Source of the DNA: Eledone cirrhosa
Taxonomy: Eukaryota
Reading direction: 5' to 3'
Assembly (NCBI GenBank): GCA_964016885.1
Contig: OZ024744.1
Span: 97,464,001-97,528,000, forward strand
Length of the DNA stretch: 64,000 bases
Part shown: positions 13,134 through 28,100 of the stretch, piece by piece
Layout of the letters: the number at the start of each line of letters is the position of its first letter
Numbering within the stretch: position 1 is the first letter of the stretch
Made by a program: the position numbers and the translations under genes
Notes under the pieces: model-generated
Database searches by the model: none
What the model was told of the DNA's origin: nothing
What the model saw: the letters and a program-made list of their open reading frames with translations, nothing else

Positions 13134-16100
13134 CTGAAAACAAGGAAAAAATAAACTCTTTAAATGTACAAGGCATAAACATAACATACATAGCATTAAA
13201 GCTCCCTAAAATATACTCTTTAAATGTACAAGGCATAAACATAACATACATAGCATTAAAGCTCCCTAAAATAAACTCTTTAAATGTACAAGGCATAAAC
13301 ATAACATACATAGCATTAAAGCTCCCTAAAATAAACTCTTTAAATGTACAAGGCATAAACATAACATACATAGCATTAAAGCTCCCTAAAATAAACTCTT
13401 TAAATGTACAAGGCATAAACATAACATACATAGCATTAAAGCTCCCTAAAATAAACTCTTTAAATGTACAAGGCATAAACATAACATACATAGCATTAAA
13501 GCTCCCTAAAATAAATCCTTTTCTCAAGACTTAGTTTGTAAAATCTGTAAAAAATATATTTATAACTTTAAAATTTTCATGACAAAATTGTCTACATGAT
13601 TGCCATCATTATCATCATCATCATCTTCATCACCATCATTGGTGGATTGGCAGCATCGGTGGAGGGTCGGACGCCATACTTTCCAGCATAGTTACGTCCC
13701 TTTACGATCTGAGTTCAAATCCCGCTGAGGTTGACTTTGCCTTTCATCCTCCTTACGGGGGTCGATAAAATAAAGTACCAGTAATGCACTGGGTAATTGC
13801 TGGCCTTGTGCCTAATGTAGAAACAATTATTATCATCATTATCATTGTTTTACATGTGCTTTCTATATCTGCAGTGATCAGATATGTCACCACAGTCTGA
13901 GTTAGTTCTTATTCAGTGTTTCTTCCCTCCTAGATGGGTTAGAGGCTTATGTGTTTGACATTTTCTACAGATGGATGCTCTTCATAATGCCAACTGCTTT
14001 ACAGAGTGTGCTGGGTGCATTTTATTGTGGAAACAGCATTAGAGGGTGGCTGTCATGTCAGCTCATCATCATCATCAACATCATCATCATTTAACATCTA
14101 TCTTCAATGATGATGATGATGATGATGATGACATGACAACCTCTCTCTAATGCTTGTTCCACAATAAAATGCACCCAGCACACTCTGTAAAGCAGTTGAC
14201 ATTATGAAGAGCATCCATCTGTAGAAAATGTCAAACACATAAGCCTCTAACTACTCTATATTCTCTCCATTCATTTGCCAACCACAGAACATACTTTGCA
14301 TATTTTATTATGGTAATGACACTTGTACTCGGCAAGATTTTCACAACCCAACAACTTGTTCAGCCTTGTTCAGCTAAGGAAATGTGACAGAAAGAGTGAA
14401 GGTAGGGTGATGACAAAAGGAGGACAAGGGTGGAATGGGGAAAGAAGAAAGAATATCATGAGAAAAGTAGATGAGAAAGTAATGGAAAAAAGACAGTGAT
14501 AACATCTTTCAAGGATTCTTCTATAAAGTTTAATAGTTTTCCTAACAAACAATATTGATTTTTTTTTTTTTTAATTCAAAATTCAATATCAGAAACCTTA
14601 TTAACAATTCCAATACGGTCAAATATTTTTTGTGTAAATGATTTCCTCATTAAAACTGTTTTTGCTTTTAAATTCCAGCAAAGATTCAACATGAGTGAAA
14701 TTGAGGATAGATCTTCCAAAATAATTTATCAAGTAAAATATCTATTTAATTTTAAGACATTAATGCTCGTTACATTTTCCACAATCCTGTTCTCACAAAA
14801 AGCATTCATGCTGTCAGTATGGATTATTACATTTATGATAATTTACAGAAATATCCACTAATTTGGATCTAACAATTATGTTTTTATACATCTTTAACAT
14901 ATTTTCTTAACAAAGTATCACAGAAACTTTGTCAAAACACACTTTACTAATGTAGAACACACCTGGATGTAACGCATGCACAAACCAAGCACACAACACA
15001 CAACACACAAAAACAAGAAGGTGTAGGACAGAACAAAGGAGAGACAGACAAAATAAAAACCTAGTCACCGAGGAGGTCGCAAAATGTGTGATGAAAGAGC
15101 TTTGACGATATATAAATAACCTTCCGGTTATCCAACCAACCAACCAACAGTAAAATTATAATAAATTGAAGTGAAAACCAACAGGGGCATGTGTTTTTAT
15201 TGGCAACATGACCCTCCCAAAGTATAACAATACTTTACTAATGATTCCCTGCTAAAACATTGGGCTAATATTTTGTTTGTTTGTTGTTTTTGAAATAACT
15301 TGTATGATGCCTTAGATCAATAGTTCCCAAAATGGGTTTCGCAGAATTCAAGGGTTCCAAAAAGGAGTTTCTAGGGTTCCGTGAAAAAAGGTAGAGAAGA
15401 CCATATAACAGTATTAGACATTGGGGATCTCCCAAAAGTTTCTGAACCAAAAAGGGTTCTGCATTTGAAAATGTTTAGGAAACCCTGCCTTTGATCAATC
15501 AATACCTTGTGAGTGAATTTAATATAGATGGAAACTATATGAGGCCCATCATATATGAAGTGGTGGGGTATATGTGTATGCCAGTCACTTCAAAGGTCAA
15601 CCTACACAACCACTTTACAGTGTGGACTGGGTGTTTTTTGTCGTGATACCTACACCACCACTTTACAGTGTGGACTGGGTGTTTTTTGTCGTGACACCTA
15701 CACAACCACTTTACAGTGTGGGCTGGGTGTTTTTTGTCATGACACCTACACAACCACTTTACAGTGTGGACTGGGTGCTTTTTGTCGTGACACTAACACA
15801 ACCACTTTACAGTGTGGACTGGGTGCTTTTTGTCGTGACACCTACACAATCACTTTACAGTGTGGACTGGGTGCTTTTTGTCATGACACCTACACAACCA
15901 CTTTACAGTGTGGACTGGGTGTTTTTTGTCATGACACCTACACAACCACTTTACAGTGTGGAATGGGTGCTTTTTGTCATGACACCTACACAACCACTTT
16001 ACAGTGTGGACTGGGTGTTTTTTGTCATGACACCTACACAACCACTTTACAGTGTGGACTGGGTACTGTTTGTCGTGACACCAACACAACCACTTTACAG

Positions 16101-19100
16101 TGTGGACTGGGTGCTGTTTGTCATGACACCTACACCACCACTTTACAGTGTGGACTGGGTGCTGTTTGTCATGACACCTACACCACCACTTTACAGTGTG
16201 GACTGGGTACTGTTTGTCATGACACCTACACCACCACTTTACAGTGTGGACTGGGTGCTGTTTGTCATGACACCTACACCACCACTTTACAGTGTGGACT
16301 GGGTGCTTTTTGTCGTGACACCTACACAACCACTTTACAGTGTGTACTGGGTGCTTTTTGTCGTGACACCTACACCACCACTTTACAGTGTGGACTGGGT
16401 GCTTTTTGTCATGACACCTACACAACCACTTTACAGTGTGGACTGGGTACTGTTTGTCGTGACACCTACACAACCACTTTACAGTGTGGACTGGGTGCTT
16501 TTTGTCGTGACACCTACACAACCACTTTACAGTGTGGACTGGGTGCTTTTTGTCATGACACCTACACAACCACTTTACAGTGTGGACTGGGTACTGTTTG
16601 TCGTGACACCTACACAACCACTTTACAGTGTGGACTGGGTGCTTTTTGTCGTGACACCTACACAACCACTTTACAGTGTGGACTGGGTGCTTTTTGTCAT
16701 GACACCTACACAACCACTTTACAGTGTGGACTGGGTACTGTTTGTCATGTCACCTACACAACCACTTTACAGTGTGGACTGGGTGCTTTTTGTCGTGACA
16801 CCTACACAACCACTTTACAGTGTGGACTGGGTGCAATTTAGCAGAGAACTAATGTTTGTTGGATGAGAGGTGTTAAATTAAACTAGAAAATAAATAAAGG
16901 CACTGCATGTTGCTGTAATATTTTCTATAATATAATTGTTTCTACTTTTAGCACAAGGTCAGCAATTTGGGTGGGAAGAGGAAATTAATTATATTGTCAC
17001 CCCCTTCCACCAGTAGTTGATTGGCTGTGGGGCATCCAGTACATGTGACCCCATTTTCTCATAATACAGAGAGATGAGGAGGGCAAGAGAGATGGGGGAG
17101 ATGACAGTGGGCATTCAGCACTTCTGTGTTTAGGCCTGGTGTGCAGCATTAGTTGTCTGTAAAGAAGCAAAAGTGGCATGATTTTCCTCGTTCTTAGCAT
17201 CTTTTACACAAGTTTTAGTTTTATTGACCCAGAAGGATTAAAAGCAAAGTTGACCATGGCATGATTTGAACTTAGAAAGTGAAGCGACAGAGCAGATACT
17301 TCTGATCATTAATCCGACACATTATGAGGGTTGGCTGAAAAGTTCATAAGTTGACTATGAAGGAGTGATGCTAGAGCTATAAAATCTTGCATGCAATGCA
17401 TTAATTCCAACTCTTCTTATTAATAACTGTATTGTTTCATTCCAGGGACTATGTTGAAAAATAAACCTCATTTGGTCATTCCATGAGAGTATCTTGGTCA
17501 GCCTATGAAGGAGTGATGCTAGAGCTGTGAAATCTTGCATGCATTAATTCCAACTCTTCTTATTAATAACTACATTGTTTCTTTCCAGAGACTATGTTGA
17601 AAAATAAACCTCATTTGGTCATTCCATGAGAATATCTTGGTCAGCCTATAAAATTTTCAGCTGACCCTCTTAATGACTCTGCCAACCTACAGCTTTAATA
17701 TTTTGTATAATTTAATTCCTTTTTTATCCGAGTTCAAAACAAAGTTCTCTTCTATCTCACTGTCTTTGCCTCTACAATACTGATAGGCTACATTATAAGA
17801 ACGCTGTCCGTCTGTCTGTCCATCCCTCCATCCATTACGTTCACTATATATATATAGAGAGAGAGGGAGAGCGCCAAGCAAGAGATGTATATATATCAAG
17901 AAAGAAAAAGGGACACTGTGTCTTTTTGAGGTGACAGAAAGAAGTAGACAGACAGAAAGTTATGACGTCGCCCTCATCAATATAGAGAGAGGGGGAGAGA
18001 GAGCCAAGAAAGAGATATATGTACATGTTTAGAGAGAGAGAGAGAGAGAGATAGTGTGTGTGTGTGTGTGTGAAAGAGGGAGAAGACAATGTCACTCTCA
18101 TCTAGTATATATTAAAGTAGTTATAAACTTTGATTTGATTGTAAACATACAGTTGGGTTATAGAGCATTGGGAAATTTTAAATATGAAATCTGAAAATAC
18201 AGTCACCCCAATGCAGGCATCTCTGTCCACTTTTATTTCATTTCCAGGGGTACTTTACTGGTTTGTTCAACTATTATTTATTATAGAGTATACTGAATTG
18301 CAATCAGGCTCAAATTGGAATAACTAACTATTACAACTCACATGTGCAAACATAGAATGAGTTTAAAATTGTCCTCAATGTCTTAATATTAAGGTGTATG
18401 CTTTTGAAAACTGTTCAAGATAATGATTTCTAATTTAAGCACAAGGCCAGCAATTTGAGGGGAAGGAAAATCGATTATATTAACCTCAGTATTTGACTGG
18501 TAAATTATTTTATCGACCTTAGAAGGATGAAAGGCAAAATTGACCTGGGCATTATTTGAACTTGATGTAAAGCTAGCTAGAACAAATACTACAAAGCATT
18601 TTAACTGATATTCTAACAACTTTGTTAATCCACCATCTCTCTGTTTAAATAATAATCAATAATCAATAAAACAGTTAGAGTTACTCACGTCGGGGACAAG
18701 AATCAGTTATAGTTGTGATGCCATACATTTTTCCATGACCTCCAATTGGTGTACTTAAAGGTTCACTTGGTTTATTGGAATTCCACTTTATATTAGATAT
18801 GGTAGACCTAAGAAAAGATATTTAAAACAAAACAACATTTAATCAATTGTGAAAAGAAATCTTTCTTTAACAACATAATGTACATAGAAGATGTTAATAG
18901 CATCTGATGATACCGACATGTCCTGTCAAAAGTTATAATCACTGAAGCTGAATGAATGAGAAGCAGCTTCTTTATGATGTAATCACCCCCAAAAAATCAC
19001 ACAAAAAATATTTAATGTTCTATTAAAGTAAGAGATAATATATTCTAGTGAAGCACCCTTTATATTTGTCACGTCTCTTTAGATTTCTGTGCAAAATAAG

Positions 19101-22100
19101 GTAACTAAATATTTTTCTACTTTTGTTGATAGAAACATAAACAGAATTTTAATACTTACTTGGTCCAATCTGTCCAGTAAATACTGTTATCAGAAAATAC
19201 CATATCAAAGATTCCAAGCTCATGTCCATCAACTTTGTATAAAGTTCGTCTTCCAACACCATTGAAGTGAACGCACTCAATTTTAGATAAAACTAAAATG
19301 AAAAAGTAAATATGACTATTTATTTATAACTCTCTAAAACAAATAAAGTAATAGACACAATACAGGGTGAATAATAATAAAAAATCATCCAATTTTATTT
19401 ACAATTTTTACAAATGCTCAATATGTAAATAACTTTAATAAAATTTGTAGAAGTTATTTTAAAAAAACTTTATTTTCAGACATATATTGTATAAGTTACT
19501 ATATGATTATAAAATAGCTTTGTGAAATATAGCTTTTGGATACACCCTGTATATTTTAATTTCATATATAGTAAGGATGTCTACAATGTGGAATGTATTA
19601 TGATAACATTGATGTCATCAGAGATACTTAAAATACTTAGATTTGTAACAACTGACGAGTTAACTACTAAAGTATTTTATAAATTAATACATAGAAATTT
19701 TGACAAAATAAACCCTTAAGATGAGAAAACTTATAAATGTATATGTGTAGTGGGCTTTCTAGGTTTGATAATTATGATGATACTTTAAAATCAATAATAA
19801 ATAACCTCAATGGGAATATTCAGATTTTGAGTGTTGGCTAACTATGAAAGAGTGAAGCTAGAGCTGTGAAATACTGCATGAATTAATTCCAACTCTTCTT
19901 ATTAATATTTGCATTGTTTCTTTCTGGGGGACTATGTTAAAAAATAAACCTCAGCTGGCCCTTATAGATATTAATTACCACCTACTCTCATGTCTCGAAT
20001 AATCATTTTTCAGAGTTTTTCCTCACCCTCCGACCCCCACACCACTCTTATTCCATCCCTTGTTTTAAAAAAATCAATGGAGACAACCTAGAAAAATTAC
20101 CAATTTTCCACTGCCCCTGCTTATTCAACCCCACCCCCATTTATTACAACCCCCTACTATTATTTGAGTAAATAAATGTTTCTACTTTTGGCACAAGGCC
20201 AGCAATTACCCAGTACATGACTGGTACTTTATTTTATCGACCCCCGTAAGGATGAAAGGCAAAGTTAACCTCGGCGGGATTTGAACTCAGAATGGCAAGG
20301 GCTGTAACTCTTTGCTGCAAAGCATGGCGTCCGGCCCTCTACAGACACTGCCATTCCAACGCCCAAAAATAAATAATGGAGATCCTTTACATACCATATG
20401 TAAACAGAATATGTAGTAATACTGAGGTTTAATACTGGTAGATAACTAAAAAAAATATTTTTTTTATCATTTGTTGATCTCACTGGTTAACAACTTCTAT
20501 TTAATAATTGTTTCTACTTTTGGCACAAGGCCATCAATTATCCCAGTGCATTACTGGTACTTCTATTTAATAATCTAGGTGGAATTGGGCAGGGAATTGG
20601 CAGTATCGGTAGAGGGTCGGACACCATGCTTTCCAGCATAGTTACGTCCCTTTATGGTGTGAGTTCAAATCCCGTCTAGGTTAACTTTTCCTTTCATCCT
20701 TACAGGGTCGATAAAATAAAGTACCAGTAATGTACTGGTTAATTGCTGGTCTTGTGCCAAAAGTAGAAACAGTTATTTAATAATCTAGTACTTATATATT
20801 GTGTCTCTACAATTTCCAACAAAGATTCTTCAAGAAGCTACATTATAAATTGATAATAGAGTTTGATACTGAAAAGCCTTAACTTTTATTGAGAATGTAA
20901 CCATAAAGACAAATGATAAAATTTCTCATATTTTAATATTGTTCTTATTATATCATATATATGGAATTTCTCATCCAAAGTACCTTAACCCTATAGCATT
21001 TAAACTGGCCGTATCTGACTTCTTTCTGTTCAAACCGGCCGTAACTGGCTGCTTATACTTATGTTAAGATATTGCTCTCAAAATAAATAATTGTTTCTAC
21101 TTTTGGCACAAGGCCAGCAATAACCCAGTACATTACTGGTACTTTATTTTATCGACCCCGTAAGGATGAAAGGCAAAGTTAACCTCAGCAGGATTTGAAC
21201 TCAGAATGGCAAGGGCCGTAACTCTATGCGTCAAAGCATGGTGTCCAACCCTCTAAACCATTGGTTCCCAACCAGGGGGCCATGGCCCACCAGTGAGCCA
21301 TAGCAAGTTATTGGGGAAGCCACGGGAATTAACTAAAAATCACAAAATTTCATACATAAAAAAGAAGAGTAGTTTCCTAACATAATTTTTTCTTTTTCTT
21401 ACTTCAAATTTGTATATTCAACTTTTTATCAGCTTTCTAACTTTTATAATTATGATTTTACTTCACTTGATAATTATTTAAATCTGGATATAACAATTTA
21501 TGTTTTAGTAAATAAACTTAGTAAAGAAATTTATTTTTATAACAGGATATATATTATTTATTTTAGTAAAGTTATCATTTAAAACTGGATATAGAAACTT
21601 TTTTTTTATTTATTTTAGTGAATTTCTCAATGTCAGAAAAACAGAAAAAAAGAAAGTATGATAATACATATCTTCAAATCGGATTTGTTTGCATGCAAAA
21701 GAACAATATTGATTTGTCTCAATGTGTAACTTGTTTCAAGGTCCTGGGAAATGACTCTATGAGGCCTTCTAAGATCAAATTACATCTTTCAAAATGTCAC
21801 CCTGAACTACTTGGAAAAGATGAATCTTTTTTTAAAAGGAAATCAGAAATCTCATTAATTTGTTCTTTGAAATGAAATATGTTCTTATTTTAATGTTTTT
21901 TGTTGAAAAAGGGTTTATAATAAATTTAAAATGATTTGATTGAAATAAAAAGACATGACAAAATTATTTCTACATAAAAAAATTATATCAAAAATTAAAA
22001 ATTTTTTTGGGGGAGGGGGGGGGGTCATACTGTTTTGCTATATCATTAAGGTGGAATTTATTATAAAAGGTTGGGAACCGCTGCTCTAAATAATATCAAA

Positions 22101-25100
22101 ATCTCATAGATTCAATATTATGTGAGATAATTATGTGAAATAGAGTGTTTATTGTGAAAATACAATAGTAAATATAGAGTAATGTAAATGCTAAAGGGTT
22201 AAATATTGTATTAGTTACATCATATTTATGAAATTTCAAACATTAGCTTTCAATTTTGTTTCAATTAGCTTTTTGTTTAGGAATTTCAGTTGCATTGGGT
22301 AAATTGTTTTTATATTAGGATTGTATTTATGTATTATGTTACATGTAAAACCAACATGGTGGAAACAAACACTGTTTACTCAGCTGTAGAAATGAGTTAT
22401 GATAGGACTCACACACATCCAATGAGATATACCTTGGAGGAGGCCAGCTAAACCTGCATAGGTGTGAGCTGTCACACACACATATATATGAGGTTATAGT
22501 GTAATAGAGCACATGGCTAAGTGGTTAGAGCATTGGGCTTGCAATTGAAAGGTTGTGAGTTCAATTCTCGAACCAGGTGATGTGTTGTTTCCTTGAGCAA
22601 GACACTTTATTTCACTTTATTGCTCCAGTTTACTCGGCTGTAGAAATGAGTTATGATAGGACTGGGATCCCTATCATTAAATTACCCAAGACACCTCCAA
22701 CAAGATATACCTTGGAGGAGGCCAGTTAAACCTACATAGGTGTGAGATGTCACACACACAAACAAACACTGTGATTTTAAAAAAAGAGGAAACAGGAACC
22801 TACCTTTGTCACCCCAACATAATTGGCTGGTTTGAAGATCTAAGGTAATTGCATTAGGTAATCTTAACTCATCGTGGACAAACAACTGTCTATCAGAGCC
22901 ATCCATATTAGCCTTTTCAATTCTGGGATTATTATGTACCCAGTCTACCCAATAAAACACCCTGAAAGAAAAAGATATATATACTAAATAAGTATAAGTG
23001 TGTTTAAATTTACATATACACAGAAAGTGGAGCAGAACATTGTAAAAACAAGAGTGTGTAATTTTAAAGTATTGATAGATAAATGTTTCTACTTTAGGCA
23101 CAAGGCCAGCAATTACCCAGTGCATTACTGGTACTTTATTTTATCGACCCCGTAAGGATGAAAGGCAAAGTTAACCTCGGCGGGATTTGAACTCAGAATG
23201 GAAAGGGCTGTAACTCTTTGCTGCAAAGCATGGCGTCTGACCCTCTACCAATATAGATAATAAATAGTAATGGTGTCACAACAACACTTAGTCCACTGTT
23301 CACTCTGTAAGATGATAATATTGGTACCAGAACAAAAGGTCCACCCAAGTCATGCAGATACCACAAAAACAAAAGCACCCAGTCCACCCTGTAAGGAGGT
23401 TATGTTTCTGCCTCAACATTGAAAGCACCCTCTCCACTCTGTAAGTTGATAGTACTGGTGCCACACAACAAATGCACCCAGTCTAGCTTGTAAGATGGTC
23501 GTGCTGGTGCCATATGAATAAAAGCACCCAATCTGAACCGTGTAAGAAGGTCATACTGATGCCTCAACAAGAAAAGCACACAGTCCATCCAGTAAGGTGG
23601 TCATGTTTGTGCCTCAACAACAATAGCACCCAGTCCACTATGGAATGTGATAGTATTGGTACCAGAACAAAAGCACCCAGTCCACCCTGTAAGGTGGTCA
23701 TGCTTCTTCCACAATAACAAAAGCACCCAAACAACAATGCCATACAAACAATAGATTAGGCCCATCATGGATTTTGCTAGTCCTGCCTATGTTCCATGTT
23801 ATCATCCTCATTCCTTTTAATCCATTTCGTCCTTGCTTGTATGTGTTGGATGGGGATTTTTCCCCAGCAAAGATTCCCTCCATTCATTGTGCTCCTTTGT
23901 CATCTATCTGTGAGGTTGAGTGTTTTAAGATCCTTCCTCACCACTTCAGCCTAAGTCATCCTTGGTCTTCTCTTCTACAGCTTCCTACCACTGGCATTTC
24001 TCTACAGTTTTCTATCCTTTAGGATCCTCTTCACCCAACAATCATCATCCATACACATCACATAGCCTTTCCAGCACAGTTGAAAGTCTGTCTTGAGCTC
24101 AGAGGTTCACCAGGCCAGTACTTATCCTGGTTTCCATGGCATGAAGCGAATGTGAGTATAAAACTCACTCTGGAGAGGACACCAGTTCATCTCCATGTCT
24201 CCTGGTTTCTGTGGCATGAAGCACCTGAGTGTACAAGACTCCCTCGTGGACAGGATGCCTGTCCATTGCAGGGTTAAACCCCCAGCTATTGCTGGTACTC
24301 ATTTTCTGCTGAGTAGACCAGAGCAACATGAAATGAAGTGTTTTGCTCAAGAACACAACACACAACCACCCAGTCAAGGAATCAAACCCACAACATTATG
24401 ATTGTGTCCAACACCCTTACCACTAGGCCACACACCTCTACTTAGTATACCGGAGCAACATGAAATAAAGTGTTTTGCTCAAGAACACAACACAAACCTA
24501 GTCCAGGAATTGAACCCACAACATTATGATCATAAGTCCAACAACCTTACCACTAAAACACATGTCCCCACTACCAGCACAGACTGTTATACATTAAAAA
24601 AAAAACTTACCCTCGGATTGGATCCACGACAATTCCCCTTGGGTTGCTTATTTTTGTATTAAATAGAGTTTTACGTTGAGTACCATCTAATTTGGTTAAT
24701 TCTATTGTCTTTTTCCTGGAATCAGTCCAGTACATATTCCTTGATATCCAGTCAATGGCAATGCCTTCAGATTTCACATCTAAAATAAGAAAATTAAGTG
24801 TTATTCCTAATTATTACCTTTGTTTTTTTAAGTAAAATTTTTAAGTAAAATTTTCTTCTCCAAAATGAGAGATCACAGCTCTCATACCATGGACATGTGG
24901 TTAGAATGTCTCAGTAAAGAACTGCTGGACAGATTTGTAGCTCGGAGATGAGAGAGTCACTCCAAGTAGAGCCACTACTTCTCCGAATTGAAAGATCACA
25001 GCTCTAATACTATGGACATGTGGTTAGAATGTCTCAGTAAAGAACTGCTGGACAGATTTGTAGCTCGGAGATGAGAGAGTCACTCCAAGTAGAGCCACTA

Positions 25101-28100
25101 CTTCTCCGAATTGAAAGATCACAGCTCTAATACTATGGACATGTGGTTAGAATGTCTTAGTAAAGAACTGCTGGACAGATTTGTAGCTCGGAGATGAGAG
25201 AGTCACTCCAAGTAGAGCCACTACTTCTCCGAATTGAAAGATCACAGCTCTAATACTATGGACATGTGGTTAGAATGTCTTAGTAAAGAACTGCTGGACA
25301 GATTTGTAGCTCGGAGATGAGAGAGTCACTCCAAGTAGAGCCACTACTTCTCCGAATTGAAAGATAACAGCTCTGATACTATGGATATGTGGTTAGAATG
25401 TCTCAGGAAAGAACCGCTGGACAGATTTTACCGGTGAAACCAACAGGTAGGAGACCCAGGGGTAGACCCCAAGCAAAGTAGTTGGATAACATCCATGACC
25501 TTGGCTGGTCATGCTTGGAGATCCAGCCAGATAGTTGGACACATTTACTGCGATATTATGTGAGATAATTACGTAAGATAAAGTGTTTACCAGGAAAACA
25601 TAATTGTAAATATAGAGTAATGTAAATACTAAAGGGTAGAATTGAAAATGTAGATATTATCAAAACAATTGCTTCTTACTGCTGACAATAACTTCGGAAT
25701 GGTTTCCATTTACATCCATCCTTCTGATTGTATAGCTTTGAATATCACTGTAATATAACAACTTATCATGACAGTCAAAGGCCAATGCTATGGGTGTTTG
25801 ATCTGGTAAAGAAAGAAAGAAAGAAAGAAAGAAAGGATATATATTATTGCAAAAGAATATAGAATTAGGGTTGGGGTTGGCAGTATTGGTAGAGCATAGG
25901 ATAATATGCTTCGCAGCATTTACTGTATCACCATCCTCCTCATCATCATCATCATCAGCATCAACGTTTGACATTCATTTTCCCATGCTAACATGGGTTA
26001 GATGGGTTGTCCTGTCTAAGGCAAGTTCGATCAGGTGACCATGTCTTGTTTATATAGGACTGTTTCTGGCTAGACTTCTATGGCTAGATGCCCTTCTTAA
26101 TGCTGACCACATTTATAGTGTGAGCAACCACATTTACAGCATATACTCAAATATAAGCTGAGGAATATGTGACCAAAAAAATCGTTGGTAGATGGAAGTA
26201 TGTTTATATTCGGGGTCAATATTTTGACGAATTTCACCAACTCTAAATTATATGTAAATAAGGTTTGGATTTTTGTCTATTTCTTAGGCATAAAATAGTG
26301 GGGTTGGCTTATATTTGTATTGACTTATATTAGCGTATATACAGTAGTTACTACATTGCGTTCTGAGTTCAAATCCTGCTGAGGCTAGCTTTGTGTTTCA
26401 TGGGTGTCAATAAAATGAAGTACCAACAAATCACTGGAGTCAATTTAATTGACTTCCCCTTTATCTTCAAATTGCTGGCCTTGTGCCAAATGTAGAAGCA
26501 TAAATACATATATGTATGCATGTTTGTGTATGTGTGTGCATGTTTGCTTATGATTTTTCCCATTATCTTCAAAATAATGGATATGAGTTGACACAAACAG
26601 AAATTATCTTCACTAGAAATGATACACACAGTTATATGTCTCCATAGAGTGATAATAATTAACCCTTTCGTTAGCATATTTCTAATAAAAGATACTGCTA
26701 TTGTTTTCAAATAATTTTTTAAATAATCAAAACTTTAGAAGGATTTAGTAATTTAACTAACTTTCTCTTTATGATGATGATATTTGGAACATAACTTAAC
26801 AAAGATTCTTATATAAAATTATGATTGGAGACTTTCAGATAAATATAAACGCTTTAAAATAAATAATTTTGTATCATAGAAGTAGGGGTAGTATCAGGTG
26901 TTTATTGTGCCAAGGAGCTTAAAGAGTTCTAGGTGTTATACAGTTTCCAAATTATGACAATGTGGTCAGTAGTTGTGCAACAGAATGTTAAAATCTTACC
27001 AGGCACACTTGAAATCCTTCTGCCCATTTCTCTAGAGTGAGTATAAGGCATCTTCAATATGCTTTTTCCTCGAATAAATGCCAAATAGTTCTGGCTCTGA
27101 GAAATTGCTGAAAATTGAAATATTGAAATGATACTTAATTAGTAAAAGATTTTTATGTTCACTTCTTGAAAGTAACATATGAGCATCGGCTGAAAGGTTC
27201 CTAGGTTGTCTATGAAGGACTGATGCTAGAGCTGTGAAATTTTGCATGCATTAATTTCAACTCTTTTTATTAATAACTGCATTGGGGTTTTTTCAGGGAC
27301 TATATTGAAAAATAAACTTTATTTGCTCACTCCATGAGAATATCTTAGTCAGCCTATGAACTTTTCAGTCGACCCTCAAATTGAAATAAAACATCCCATT
27401 AAAAAAAAAATTAGAAGTTAGTGTTTAGAAAAGATTAATTAATATTTGAATGATTGATAGTATTGAATTGTGCTAAGACGGAGCCACCATTGAATCATAT
27501 CAATATATAATTAGTAAAATGTTTTTTAGTGTTGTGCTAAGTAAGACCAGAAGACACTTCTCTTCTGAAGAGCACCTAACATAGCTATCCCAGTGACGCA
27601 TGCTCATACAGTGTATGGGAGCGTTCCCTGGGGTATGGCAGTCCATATTCAGGCCACTTTAGGGTCCCAGTAGGTGACAGAATGGAGAAAAATGTTTCCT
27701 CAGTGATGCATGCTCATACAGTGTATGGGAGTAATTCCCTGGGGTGTGGAAGTTCATGTTCAGGCCACTTCAGGGTCCCAGCAGGTGACGGAATTGAGAA
27801 AAATGTTTCCCCAGAGATTGGTGAGGGAGACACGTTGAAATAGCCTTTCCAGCTTGCATGGCTCACTCCTGCAAGTTGCCAACTCCACCCCGATAGTAGA
27901 GAATACGGTTGTGGTAGGGAGACCAAGAATGGCAGATATCTCCAGTGCGATGGGTTTGACAAGAAGCCAGTTCACTCCATGGGACTTGTTCCTGTGGGTG
28001 GCCAATAGTTCAATAGTAGTGAGTAGAGATGTGGTCCAGGGAACAAGAATGCCAGATGTCTCCACTGCTATATGTTCAACCACAAACCTATCGGAGAGTG

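Noticed and set aside
13134-13527. N-terminal repeat part of ORF 12997-13527
   Set aside because: This is the intronic 60-bp tandem upstream of the true acceptor at 13134-13135.
15555-16866. Long Cys/Thr-repeat ORFs; CRISPR-like appearance
   Set aside because: Head-to-tail 48-bp SINE-derived units with no unique spacers and no cas genes, in a eukaryotic intron.
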